Shown here: piece by piece, positions 33,390-42,302 of the stretch | Layout of the letters: each line of letters starts with the position of its first letter | Position numbering within the stretch: position 1 is the stretch's first letter | Source: Bdellovibrionales bacterium | GTDB lineage: Bacteria; Bdellovibrionota; Bdellovibrionia; Bdellovibrionales; JAGQZY01 | Direction of reading: 5' to 3' | Length of the DNA stretch: 64,000 bases | Assembly (NCBI GenBank): GCA_031426555.1 | Contig: JANPLN010000018.1 | Span: 256 to 64,255, forward strand | Made by a program: the position numbers and the translations under genes | Notes under the pieces: generated by a model | Seen by the model: only the letters and a program-made list of their open reading frames with translations | Databases searched by the model: none | What the model was told of the DNA's origin: nothing

Positions 33390-34043
33390 GTGGCTGTTGC
33401 GTCGATTCAGAAAAAGATGTTTATGGGGATCTGTGGTCTTGTATGGACGGGATTCGTTTTTGCACACATGGCCGGAAACATGCTTATCCTCGTGAGTGCG
33501 GAGCTGTACAATAAATACGGCCACGCCATTGTTTCTAACAAGCCGCTTCTCTACGCGGCGGAAGCCGTGCTGCTAGCGGCGCTGATTGGTCACGTGGTCA
33601 TGGGCGCTTGGCTCACCATCGAAAATCGAAGAGCGACACCAAAAAAATACGTGGCAGCGGCTTCGGGCGCAAAACGCGTATCTCTGGCGTCGCGAACCAT
33701 GGCCCTTCAGGGCTCGTTGGTTTTATTTTTTATCATTTTACATTTGATCACTTTCAAATACGGCACTGAGTACTTAGTTACCTACGACGGCGTGGAAATG
33801 CGCGACCTGCACCGCTTGGTGTTGGAAATCTTTCAGCAGCCAATGTATGTGGTAGGTTACATCGTTTGCTTATTGATTCTTGGGTGGCACTTGAGCCACG
33901 GGGTTTCGTCGGTTTTTCAATCTCTCGGATTCAACCATCCCAAGTACAACCCGAAAATTAAGTTGATTGGGTGGGTTTACTCGGTCGTTGTGGCTCTGGG
34001 TTTTATCAGTCAACCTCTGTACGTCATCGCCACATCATTTTAA
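33390..34043 (+). CDS. sdhC: Succinate dehydrogenase cytochrome b subunit
   Basis: About five TM segments with heme His residues (HMAGN, GH, LHL, HLSHG); first gene of sdhCAB. Confidence 0.92.
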   Translation: MAVASIQKKMFMGICGLVWTGFVFAHMAGNMLILVSAELYNKYGHAIVSNKPLLYAAEAVLLAALIGHVVMGAWLTIENRRATPKKYVAAASGAKRVSLASRTMALQGSLVLFFIILHLITFKYGTEYLVTYDGVEMRDLHRLVLEIFQQPMYVVGYIVCLLILGWHLSHGVSSVFQSLGFNHPKYNPKIKLIGWVYSVVVALGFISQPLYVIATSF

Positions 34044-34052
34044 GGAGCATAC

Positions 34053-35972
34053 ATGTCTGGATTAGATGCAAAAATTCCTGATGGACCAATAGAGAAAAAA
34101 TGGGAAAATTATAAATTCAATATGAAGTTGGTCAACCCTGCCAACCGCCGCAAGTACAATATCATCGTTGTTGGAACAGGTCTTGCCGGTGGTGCTGCCG
34201 CCGCGTCTTTGGGTGAGATGGGTTACAACGTAAAGGCTTTTTGCATTTCCGATTCGCCTCGCCGCGCACACTCCATTGCCGCTCAAGGAGGAATTAACGC
34301 TGCAAAAAATTATCAAAATGATGGTGACTCCATCTACCGACTCTTTTACGATACAATTAAGGGCGGAGATTTCCGCTCTCGCGAAGCCAACGTGTATCGC
34401 CTTGCCGAAGTTTCTCAGTCCATCATCGACCAATGCGTGGCCCAGGGAGTTCCGTTTGCTCGCGAATACGGTGGTCTACTGGACAACCGATCGTTTGGCG
34501 GCGCGCAAGTGTCGCGAACGTTCTATGCCCGCGGACAAACCGGCCAGCAGCTTCTTCTCGGAGCGTACTCGGCGCTGATGCGCCAAGTTGACAAGGGAAC
34601 AGTAAAAATGTTTCCTCGTCGCGAAATGTTAGATCTTGTCACCGTGGACGGCCGAGCCCGCGGAATCACCGTGCGAAATTTAGTGTCGGGCGAAATCGAG
34701 TCGCATTCTGCGGATGTGGTTTTGCTGGCAACAGGTGGATATGGAAATGTGTTTTTCCTTTCGACGAGCGCGATGAATTCAAACGTGACCGCGGCCTGGC
34801 GCTGTCATAAAAAGGGCGCGTACTTTGCGAACCCTTGTTTTACGCAAATTCACCCAACCTGCATCCCTGTTTCGGGAGATTATCAGTCCAAATTGACCCT
34901 CATGTCTGAATCTCTCCGAAACGACGGTCGGATTTGGGTTCCAAAAATGAAGGGCGATAAACGACCGCCCGAGCAAATTCCAGACTCTGAACGCGATTAT
35001 TACTTAGAGAGAATTTACCCAAGCTTCGGAAACTTAGCTCCGAGAGACATTGCCTCTCGACAAGCAAAATTCTTGGTCGATAAAGGGCACGGTGTTGGCG
35101 CAACAGGGGTCGCGGTGTATTTAGATTTTCGCGATGCCATTCAACGTTTGGGCCAAGATAAAGTGGCGGCAAAGTACGGCAACCTTTTTGATATGTACGC
35201 AAAAATCGCCGGCGAAGATCCTTACAAAGCACCGATGCGAATCTATCCAGCTGTGCACTACACCATGGGCGGACTGTGGGTGGACTACGACTTGATGAGC
35301 ACAGTTCCTGGATTGTTTGTTGGTGGCGAAGCCAACTTTTCGGATCACGGGGCCAATCGCCTTGGAGCATCGGCACTCATGCAAGGGCTGGCAGATGGTT
35401 ATTTTGTTGCACCGTCAACGATTGGAAACTATCTCGGCACCGAAGGAGCCAAGCTTCCAAAGGTCAGCGAAAAAGATCCTGCTTTTCTGGATAGTAAAAA
35501 ACAAAGTGAAGATCAGCTCACTCGGTTGATGAACGTGAATGGAAAACGCACGGTGGACGATATCCACCGCGAGCTTGGAAAAAACATGTGGGAGCATGTG
35601 GGGATGTCGCGAAACGCGAAAGGGCTTAACGATGTTCTTAAAACAATTCCTGCTTTGCGTGAAGAATTTTGGAAAAACGTAAAAATCACTGGCCCGAAAG
35701 ATTATACCAATCATGAACTGGAAAAAGCTGGACGTGTTGCCGACTTTTTAGAGCTTGGAGAGCTGATGGCGAAGGATGCTTTGACCCGCGAAGAATCTTG
35801 CGGCGGTCACTTTCGCGAAGAGTATCAAACTCCAGACAACGAAGCTCAGCGCGACGATGAAAAATTTTGTCATTCAGCCGCCTGGGAATACAAATCAACC
35901 GGACAGCACGAGCGACACAAAGAAGAACTCAAGTTTGAAAACATTAAGTTGGCCTCACGAAGTTATAAATAG
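34053..35972 (+). CDS. sdhA: Succinate dehydrogenase/fumarate reductase flavoprotein subunit
   Basis: [34 protein letters not shown]. Confidence 0.96.
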   Translation: MSGLDAKIPDGPIEKKWENYKFNMKLVNPANRRKYNIIVVGTGLAGGAAAASLGEMGYNVKAFCISDSPRRAHSIAAQGGINAAKNYQNDGDSIYRLFYDTIKGGDFRSREANVYRLAEVSQSIIDQCVAQGVPFAREYGGLLDNRSFGGAQVSRTFYARGQTGQQLLLGAYSALMRQVDKGTVKMFPRREMLDLVTVDGRARGITVRNLVSGEIESHSADVVLLATGGYGNVFFLSTSAMNSNVTAAWRCHKKGAYFANPCFTQIHPTCIPVSGDYQSKLTLMSESLRNDGRIWVPKMKGDKRPPEQIPDSERDYYLERIYPSFGNLAPRDIASRQAKFLVDKGHGVGATGVAVYLDFRDAIQRLGQDKVAAKYGNLFDMYAKIAGEDPYKAPMRIYPAVHYTMGGLWVDYDLMSTVPGLFVGGEANFSDHGANRLGASALMQGLADGYFVAPSTIGNYLGTEGAKLPKVSEKDPAFLDSKKQSEDQLTRLMNVNGKRTVDDIHRELGKNMWEHVGMSRNAKGLNDVLKTIPALREEFWKNVKITGPKDYTNHELEKAGRVADFLELGELMAKDALTREESCGGHFREEYQTPDNEAQRDDEKFCHSAAWEYKSTGQHERHKEELKFENIKLASRSYK

Positions 35973-35981
35973 GTGGAACGC

Positions 35982-36773
35982 ATGAGTGAAAATAAAAATA
36001 TGACACTGAACCTTAAAATCTGGCGACAAAAAAACCGTGAGGACATAGGTGGTTTTATCGACCATACAGCAAAAAACGTGTCTCCCGACATGTCGTTTTT
36101 AGAGATGATGGACGTTGTAAACCAAGAGCTCATCCTTTCCGGCCAAGTCGCCATTGAATTTGATCACGACTGCCGCGAAGGAATCTGCGGAATGTGTTCC
36201 ATGGTCATTAACGGCAACGCCCACGGACCTCAGCGCCTCACAACCACCTGTCAATTGCACATGCGCAAGTTCAAGGACGGCGACACAATCACGATCGAAC
36301 CTTTTCGCGCCAAAGCTTTTCCCGTCATTAAGGACCTTAAGGTCAACCGCTCGGCTTTTGATTATATCATTCAGGCGGGTGGTTATGTTTCTGTAAACAC
36401 CGGAAGCGCTCAAGATGCCAACGCACTCCCCATTCCAAAAGAAAACGCCGATTTAGCTTTCGAAGCGGCGATGTGCATTGGCTGCGGCGCCTGCGTTGCC
36501 GCCTGCCCGAACTCCTCAGCCATGTTGTTTACTTCGGCCAAGGTTTCCCATCTCGCGTTGCTGCCACAGGGCCAACCCGAAAGAGATTCAAGAGTGTTGA
36601 ACATGGTGAAAACCATGGACGCCTACGGTTTTGGAAACTGCTCCAACACGGGTGGCTGTGAGCTCGCGTGTCCAAAAGGTATTTCGCTGGAAAACATCGC
36701 CCGCATGAATCGCGATTATTTTAAAGCATCGCTGCGCGAACGCCCCAAGAAAAATTCTTCCGAAGGATTTTAG
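35982..36773 (+). CDS. sdhB: Succinate dehydrogenase iron-sulfur subunit
   Basis: [33 protein letters not shown]. Confidence 0.96.
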   Translation: MSENKNMTLNLKIWRQKNREDIGGFIDHTAKNVSPDMSFLEMMDVVNQELILSGQVAIEFDHDCREGICGMCSMVINGNAHGPQRLTTTCQLHMRKFKDGDTITIEPFRAKAFPVIKDLKVNRSAFDYIIQAGGYVSVNTGSAQDANALPIPKENADLAFEAAMCIGCGACVAACPNSSAMLFTSAKVSHLALLPQGQPERDSRVLNMVKTMDAYGFGNCSNTGGCELACPKGISLENIARMNRDYFKASLRERPKKNSSEGF

Positions 36774-36781
36774 CACTGCCG

Positions 36782-37654
36782 CTACGGTAGTGCTTTCAAG
36801 AACTCATCGATCTTCGTATTCACTTCGTGAGGAAAATCCAATTGCACGCAGTGGGAACCAGTCTCAATGATTAACAGATCGCAATTGGGAATCTCGCTGT
36901 ACATCGTTTTTTGCACTTCGATGGGCGTGAGGGCATCTTTGTCGCCAGCGATGACCAACGTTGGAACTTCTATCTTAGCGAGCTTCGGGCGCCCATCAAA
37001 CTGCGTCAGCTGCTCAAGCAACGTCACAAAAACCCGCAAATCAATGTTTGCTACACCTTGGGCGTAAATTTCGATGTCCTTGAGCGCTGTTTTTTCCAAA
37101 TTAAAACCGCCGACAAGGGAGCTTAAAAATACCGACGCGGGATTGGTAACTCCAAACTTCCACACGGTGCTCAACAAGCCGGGAGCGGTGTTGTAGGCCA
37201 TGCGAATGTATGAAAACGCGTCGCGAAGTTGTTCTTGTGAGAGATAATTTTGAAACGGGTTACTAAAAAATCCACTCACAAAACACAGTCCCGAAAATAG
37301 TTTGGGGCGCATAAAGTAGCTTTCAAGCAAAACCTCACAACCGAAACTGTGACCTAGAAAAAATGCCTTCTCGATTTCAAGGTGATCGCACAAACAAAGG
37401 ATATCTTTAGCAAGGGCTTCCAATGTTAAATTGCGCTTGTCTTCCGGGATGTCCGAGAAATGATGGCCGCGATAATCGATAATAATTGTTTGATAATGTT
37501 TCGAAAAGTATGTGAGCTGATGATGCCAGTGGTTCATCAAGCAAGCGATACCATAGGCAAAAACCAAAGGCGGCCCTTCGCCACGAACTTCGTAATACAG
37601 GCGAGTTCCATCGAAACTATTAAAATATCCAGACGATTTTACAAAAGGTGAAAT
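36782..37654 (-). CDS. Alpha/beta-fold hydrolase, probable non-canonical ATT start
   Basis: GHSFG nucleophile elbow, GDKD, GSH. The frame extends 29 codons upstream of the TTG at 37567 (SGYFNSFDGTRLYYEVRGEG), with AGGAG 5 nt before ATT. Confidence 0.88.
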   Translation of the reverse strand: MSPFVKSSGYFNSFDGTRLYYEVRGEGPPLVFAYGIACLMNHWHHQLTYFSKHYQTIIIDYRGHHFSDIPEDKRNLTLEALAKDILCLCDHLEIEKAFFLGHSFGCEVLLESYFMRPKLFSGLCFVSGFFSNPFQNYLSQEQLRDAFSYIRMAYNTAPGLLSTVWKFGVTNPASVFLSSLVGGFNLEKTALKDIEIYAQGVANIDLRVFVTLLEQLTQFDGRPKLAKIEVPTLVIAGDKDALTPIEVQKTMYSEIPNCDLLIIETGSHCVQLDFPHEVNTKIDEFLKALP

Positions 37655-37662
37655 AACAGCTC

Positions 37663-38325
37663 CTACGTGTTTACAAAATGAATATCAATGACAGTGTTGT
37701 GAATAGAAATTTGGTCGGAGTTTTTCAACACCTTTTTTTGTTCGGCCGCGCCATTAATTTTAACGATCTGCGGGTATTTGGTTTCGAACAGTGCACCCAA
37801 GCTGTTGGGGGAAATCTCAAAGGCGATGTCGGGACACTTTGGTTCAAACAAAATGATGTCATTTGAATTTCCACCCAAGGAGCGCGGCCCGTACTCAAAC
37901 AAATGTTTTTCGCCCGCCTGTTGACCCTGAATAATCGTGAGAGTGGGGTAACTTCGAAATGGAACGAGTTTGAGGGGAGCGTTTTTCGCTCGATCGAGGG
38001 TTTCCAGTAAAAGCTGGTTTAGGAGCGGCTTCCAGGAGGCCGACACGGACGACACTCGCATTTGCGTTGTACCAATATCGATGATGTCGCCATTGCCGAG
38101 CAGGTGTTGTTCGGTTTTGAAGTCATTGACCCGCACTCCATTTTTTGAGCCCGAATCTCGCAGCACCCAACCGATGGCGGGATCAAACTCCAAAATAGCG
38201 TGTATTTTCGACATTTTAGGGTCGTCAAAGGTGATCTCGGCCTCGCGCCCCAAGGAGGTCGTTTTGTCGAGATGGAGGGTTTCTCCACGGCGATGGCCGT
38301 TAAGGATTTGCAAAGTTAGACTCAT
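37663..38325 (-). CDS. FHA-domain protein (one canonical and one degenerate FHA)
   Basis: LGR...MSKIHA...GSKNG in domain 1; the second repeat has LGG and lacks the SxxH motif. Confidence 0.85.
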   Translation of the reverse strand: MSLTLQILNGHRRGETLHLDKTTSLGREAEITFDDPKMSKIHAILEFDPAIGWVLRDSGSKNGVRVNDFKTEQHLLGNGDIIDIGTTQMRVSSVSASWKPLLNQLLLETLDRAKNAPLKLVPFRSYPTLTIIQGQQAGEKHLFEYGPRSLGGNSNDIILFEPKCPDIAFEISPNSLGALFETKYPQIVKINGAAEQKKVLKNSDQISIHNTVIDIHFVNT

Positions 38326-38391
38326 AGTAAAAGTTTCAACAATATTAGCGGCAAATTCAATGGACTTTATAAAAGGTCCTATGCTACTAAA

Positions 38392-38447
38392 CCTCCACCT
38401 TGCTCTAAATATATAGCAGTTTAGGGCTTTTAGCCGAAAGGGATAAA
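38392..38447 (+). ncRNA. S6:S18-like ribosomal protein leader (cis-regulatory RNA) upstream of rpsF
   Basis: CCUU-GCUCUAAA...UUUAGGGC hairpin, unpaired CCG, and AAGG (RBS region) able to pair with CCUU. Confidence 0.6.
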
Positions 38448-38867
38448 ATGTTTGAATTAGTTAAAGAAACTGTCGTTCGTCCATATGAAGTTATCATCGT
38501 TATGGAGTCTAACACCTCCGAAGAAGAGCAAAAAGCTCTTTTCACGAAAAATCAAAAAATCATCGAAGGTTTTTCTGGCAAAGTCAGCCACCTCGACACT
38601 TGGGGTGTACGCCGCTTGGCCAATCCCATCGGTAAGACCAATCGCGGGGTTTATTTCCACAGCACTTTCACAGCAAGTCCGGATTCGATTATGGAGCTTG
38701 AAAGAACAATGCGCATTAACGAAAAAGTTCTTCGCTATATGCACACACGTCTTCCAGACGAAACTGTACTGACTGATTACGTGGAAAAATTTAAAGCTGG
38801 CCTGATTGAGCGTCGCGAGCGCGAGGCTAAAAAAGCTCTTGCGAAGCCACGCCGTCCAATGAAATAA
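38448..38867 (+). CDS. rpsF: 30S ribosomal protein S6
   Basis: RPYE, WGVRRLANPI, ELER..RINEKVLRY. Confidence 0.95.
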   Translation: MFELVKETVVRPYEVIIVMESNTSEEEQKALFTKNQKIIEGFSGKVSHLDTWGVRRLANPIGKTNRGVYFHSTFTASPDSIMELERTMRINEKVLRYMHTRLPDETVLTDYVEKFKAGLIERREREAKKALAKPRRPMK

Positions 38868-38875
38868 GGCGGGCC

Positions 38876-39748
38876 ATGCCTGTAAAGAATCGTGTAGGAC
38901 AATTTATTTTAATTTCGCTGTTAACAACGTTGTTAACAGCGTCGTTTCTATTTATGGCCCCGCTAGGTGCTAGGTACCTGCACGTTTCCTTCAATCGTAT
39001 TTTTTATTGGAGCTTTTCGATTTTATCCGCAGTCGCTCTGCTTGTGTTTTTTCCACAGTGGGCATTGGCTCAAATGAGTGTATTTTTGCTGATGGGTCTT
39101 TATTCGGAGCTCGAGTCGCAGAAGGTTTCGCGTTTTTATTCGGCCCTTTCCGCCGTTGCGATTTCTGTTCTCGCCGTGTTCTTTAGCTTGAGCCTTTGGT
39201 CGCAGTCGCAAAAAATTGCACTCAGCACGTTTTTAAAAAAACAAATTGCAAGCACCGTGATGCTCTCTCCGCAGATGAAGGGGCTTTCCACCTCTGTCGA
39301 CGCAACACAAATCGTCTCTGTGATGCCGGCTTTTTTGGCTTTTATCTTTATGATCCTTGTTTTCTTTGGAATCCTTTTTGTTCGCCAAGAGGGACGCCAA
39401 GATAAATTAAGCACATTCAAAATTCCTGATCACTTGGTATGGACGCTGGTCCTTGCATCGGCGGGAACGTTTTTGCTGGATGTGCAAAAGGTCTTTATTT
39501 TGCAAAAAATCTCAGTCAATGTGTTGTTTGTACTGCTTTGTTTTTATTATTTCCAAGGACTTGCTGTTCTTGGGTTTTTTATACACCGAGCCCGTTTTAA
39601 TTATTTTTTAAAAGTGGCGATTTTTTTCGTATTGGCGTTCCACCTATTTGCCGTTGTGGTGGCCCTTGGAATTTCGGATGTTTGGTTAAATTATAGAGCA
39701 AAGATTTTAAAAAATTACGTTAAGAATAATCCCTACGCAGGAGAATAA
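38876..39748 (+). CDS. DUF2232/YybS-family membrane protein
   Basis: Multi-TM, YFQGLAV and LGISD.W.NYR; usual position just before rplI. Confidence 0.8.
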   Translation: MPVKNRVGQFILISLLTTLLTASFLFMAPLGARYLHVSFNRIFYWSFSILSAVALLVFFPQWALAQMSVFLLMGLYSELESQKVSRFYSALSAVAISVLAVFFSLSLWSQSQKIALSTFLKKQIASTVMLSPQMKGLSTSVDATQIVSVMPAFLAFIFMILVFFGILFVRQEGRQDKLSTFKIPDHLVWTLVLASAGTFLLDVQKVFILQKISVNVLFVLLCFYYFQGLAVLGFFIHRARFNYFLKVAIFFVLAFHLFAVVVALGISDVWLNYRAKILKNYVKNNPYAGE

Positions 39749-39749
39749 A

Positions 39750-40199
39750 ATGAAAGTGATTTTAAAAACAGATGTTAAAGATTTGGGCCGCACAGGCGAT
39801 ATGGTGAACGTATCTAGCGGTTTCGCCCGAAACTTTCTTTTTCCGCGCAGTTTAGCCGCTGAAGCCACAGAGGCGCGCATGAAAGAGTTTGAACACTGGC
39901 AACGAGTGGCAACGTCTCGCAAAACGAAGGCGCGCGAAGAAAAATCGCAAATCTTGGAGCAAATTAAAAAAGTAACTATCGTTTTTAAAATTGCCGCTGG
40001 CGAAAAGGACAAAATTTTTGGTTCTATCACGCCAAAAGATATCGCTGCCGAGCTTGTTAAAAAGGGTTTTGCCGTTGAGAAAAAAGACGTTGTTATCGAA
40101 GAAGCTATTAAGGTTTTAGGTCAGCACCAAGCTAAAGTGAGCTTTGGCGAAGGTCTTGAGGCCACGATCGCCATTTCTGTAGAACGCCAAGAAGCCTAA
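39750..40199 (+). CDS. rplI: 50S ribosomal protein L9
   Basis: MKVIL..DV..LG..GD.V.V..GFARNFLFP, KIFGSIT. Confidence 0.97.
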   Translation: MKVILKTDVKDLGRTGDMVNVSSGFARNFLFPRSLAAEATEARMKEFEHWQRVATSRKTKAREEKSQILEQIKKVTIVFKIAAGEKDKIFGSITPKDIAAELVKKGFAVEKKDVVIEEAIKVLGQHQAKVSFGEGLEATIAISVERQEA

Positions 40200-40201
40200 C
40201 T

Positions 40202-40228
40202 ACCAAAAGGTACTTGGTACCTTTTGGT
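40202..40228. repeat. Palindromic element, copy 1 (core AAAAGGTACTTGGTACCTTTT); possible bidirectional terminator
   Basis: 12-bp stem ACCAAAAGGTAC with TTG loop between convergent rplI and dnaB; core identical to 60280-60300. Confidence 0.8.
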
Positions 40229-41685
40229 TAACCGCCGCCGGGGGCGAAGTTTTTCACTTTGCCACCGCCGTGATAACCGCCACCACCGCCGCCGCTGGGT
40301 GATTGGTAAAACGGTGCAGCTCCGCCGGAGCTGGCGCCTGCGGGATGAGAATAGCTATCCTGCCATTCTGTAAATTGACCAAACTGAGCCTGCCACTTGA
40401 GCTTGACGTCGCCCACAGGACCGTTCCTGTGCTTACGAATTAATAAATCAGCTTGGCCTTTGATCTCTGGATTTTCTGGATCGTAATACTCTTCGCGGTA
40501 AAGCATCATAATAATATCTGCATCTTGCTCGATGGAGCCCGATTCTCGAAGATCCGAGAGAACTGGCTTTTTCATATCGCCTGTTCGACCTTCAACGCCC
40601 CGGTTGAGCTGCGAAAGTGCAATCACCGGAACGCGAAGTTCCTTGGCGATACTTTTTAAGCTTTTTGAAATCTCAGCAACGGCGCGTTCGCGGCTTTCGA
40701 CTTTGCCGGGAAGACCCATAATTTGTAAGTAATCGATAATAATCATGTCGAGACCAAACTGCGATTTAAGACGCCGAGACTTGGAACGAATTTCATAGGG
40801 AGAAATGGAACTTGTGTCGTCGATAAACAAAGAAGTATCAGCCAGCGTGGAAGCTTTGTCGATGAGACGCGGCCAGTCTGAATCTTTAATTCGCCCAATA
40901 CGAATATCAGACATATTCACCTTGGCCTCTGAAGCCAGCACCCGCATCATCAGCTGTTCTTTACCCATCTCCACCGAGAAGTAGGCAACAGACTTTTTAA
41001 GCTTCATAGCGGCGTTAAGAGCGAGGTTTAAACTTAAGGCGGTCTTACCCATGGAGGGACGCGCGGCAAGAATAATAAAATCGCCCGGCTGAAAGCCCGA
41101 AGTCATGCGATCCAGTGTTGAAAACCCAGAGGCAATTCCGGTGATTTCCTGGTTATTGCCAGCCATTTCTGTAATTTTATCGATGCTGACCTTAATTAAG
41201 TCTGCAGCACTGGTCAGATTGCTCTTGGTTTCTTTTTGTTCGGTGATTTTAAAAATCCGAGCTTCAACATTATCGACAAAGGAGTCGATGGAATCAAATT
41301 TCTCGTCATAGGCTTCGGACATGATCTCGCCGTTGGCGTGGATGAGCTTCCGGAGCAGAGATTTTTGCTTCACAATTTCTGCGTAACCGCGGAGGTTAAT
41401 GGCTGCCGGCACCTGATTTAGAATTTCCGCTAGAGCGCTAGGTCCGCCAATGGAATCCAGCTCTTTTTTATGGGCCAAATGGTTCGAAATGGTAATAATG
41501 TCGGCCGGCTGGCTTTTGGCGTTCAGCTCGGTAATGGCCGAATAGATCTTTTGATGAACAACCTTATAAAAATCTTCCGCACTAATGAGATCAGAAACCA
41601 CATCGAAGGCATCAGGTTCAACCATGATGCCGCCGATGATAGATAACTCGGCCTCATTATTATGAGGAGGAATCTTATAAGACAT
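40228..41685 (-). CDS. dnaB: Replicative DNA helicase
   Basis: AARPSMGKT, IDYLQ, LSQLNR, SDLRESGSIEQDAD, KHRNGP. Confidence 0.97.
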   Translation of the reverse strand: MSYKIPPHNNEAELSIIGGIMVEPDAFDVVSDLISAEDFYKVVHQKIYSAITELNAKSQPADIITISNHLAHKKELDSIGGPSALAEILNQVPAAINLRGYAEIVKQKSLLRKLIHANGEIMSEAYDEKFDSIDSFVDNVEARIFKITEQKETKSNLTSAADLIKVSIDKITEMAGNNQEITGIASGFSTLDRMTSGFQPGDFIILAARPSMGKTALSLNLALNAAMKLKKSVAYFSVEMGKEQLMMRVLASEAKVNMSDIRIGRIKDSDWPRLIDKASTLADTSLFIDDTSSISPYEIRSKSRRLKSQFGLDMIIIDYLQIMGLPGKVESRERAVAEISKSLKSIAKELRVPVIALSQLNRGVEGRTGDMKKPVLSDLRESGSIEQDADIIMMLYREEYYDPENPEIKGQADLLIRKHRNGPVGDVKLKWQAQFGQFTEWQDSYSHPAGASSGGAAPFYQSPSGGGGGGYHGGGKVKNFAPGGG

Positions 41686-41759
41686 AGATAAACCTTCCCC
41701 CAGAAGATTGAGAAATTATGCGAGCCTACCAAGATGTCGTAAAGAGTCTCGCTGATGAA

Positions 41760-42056
41760 TTAACTAAGCAAGTTTTTAATATCGATTTTAAAGGTGTCAA
41801 TTTTTTTCTTAAGAGTGTTGCGATTGATACCAAGCAACTTTGCGGTCTTTACTTGGTTTCCTCTGTTTTGCTTTAAAGAAAGCTCAATAAGAGGTTTTTC
41901 GACTTGTTCAAGAATAAGCTTATGTAGATCGTTAAGTTCTACGTCAGCCTCTTTTTGTTGACGGAATAAAACCTCCAGTTTGCTTTTAACAAGGCTTTCC
42001 AAGCTAACAGAATGTAAATTCGCGACAAAAAGATTATCTGAGTGATTAACTTCCAT
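41760..42056 (-). CDS. fis: Fis-family HTH nucleoid/regulatory protein
   Basis: VEKPLI..L...GNQVKTAKLLGINRNTLKKK. Confidence 0.85.
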   Translation of the reverse strand: MEVNHSDNLFVANLHSVSLESLVKSKLEVLFRQQKEADVELNDLHKLILEQVEKPLIELSLKQNRGNQVKTAKLLGINRNTLKKKIDTFKIDIKNLLS

Positions 42057-42302
42057 AGAACCCCTACCCCGATCAAGTATTGTGTTTGTTGTTTACGCAG
42101 ACAACGTTTGTAGTTTTTAAACACCCCATCTATCAATAAAAAAATTTATTTTTTCAGTGCGTAATGAAAAATTTTTTCCTTGATGTTTGCGAGTACGACT
42201 AAAACACCCACACACCGGCCATTTGGTACAGTTCACGTTGACTAAGGTCGAGTCAGACAAATGGTTCTTTCACTCTTTCAATAGATTTTTTAAACTGAAA
42301 GA

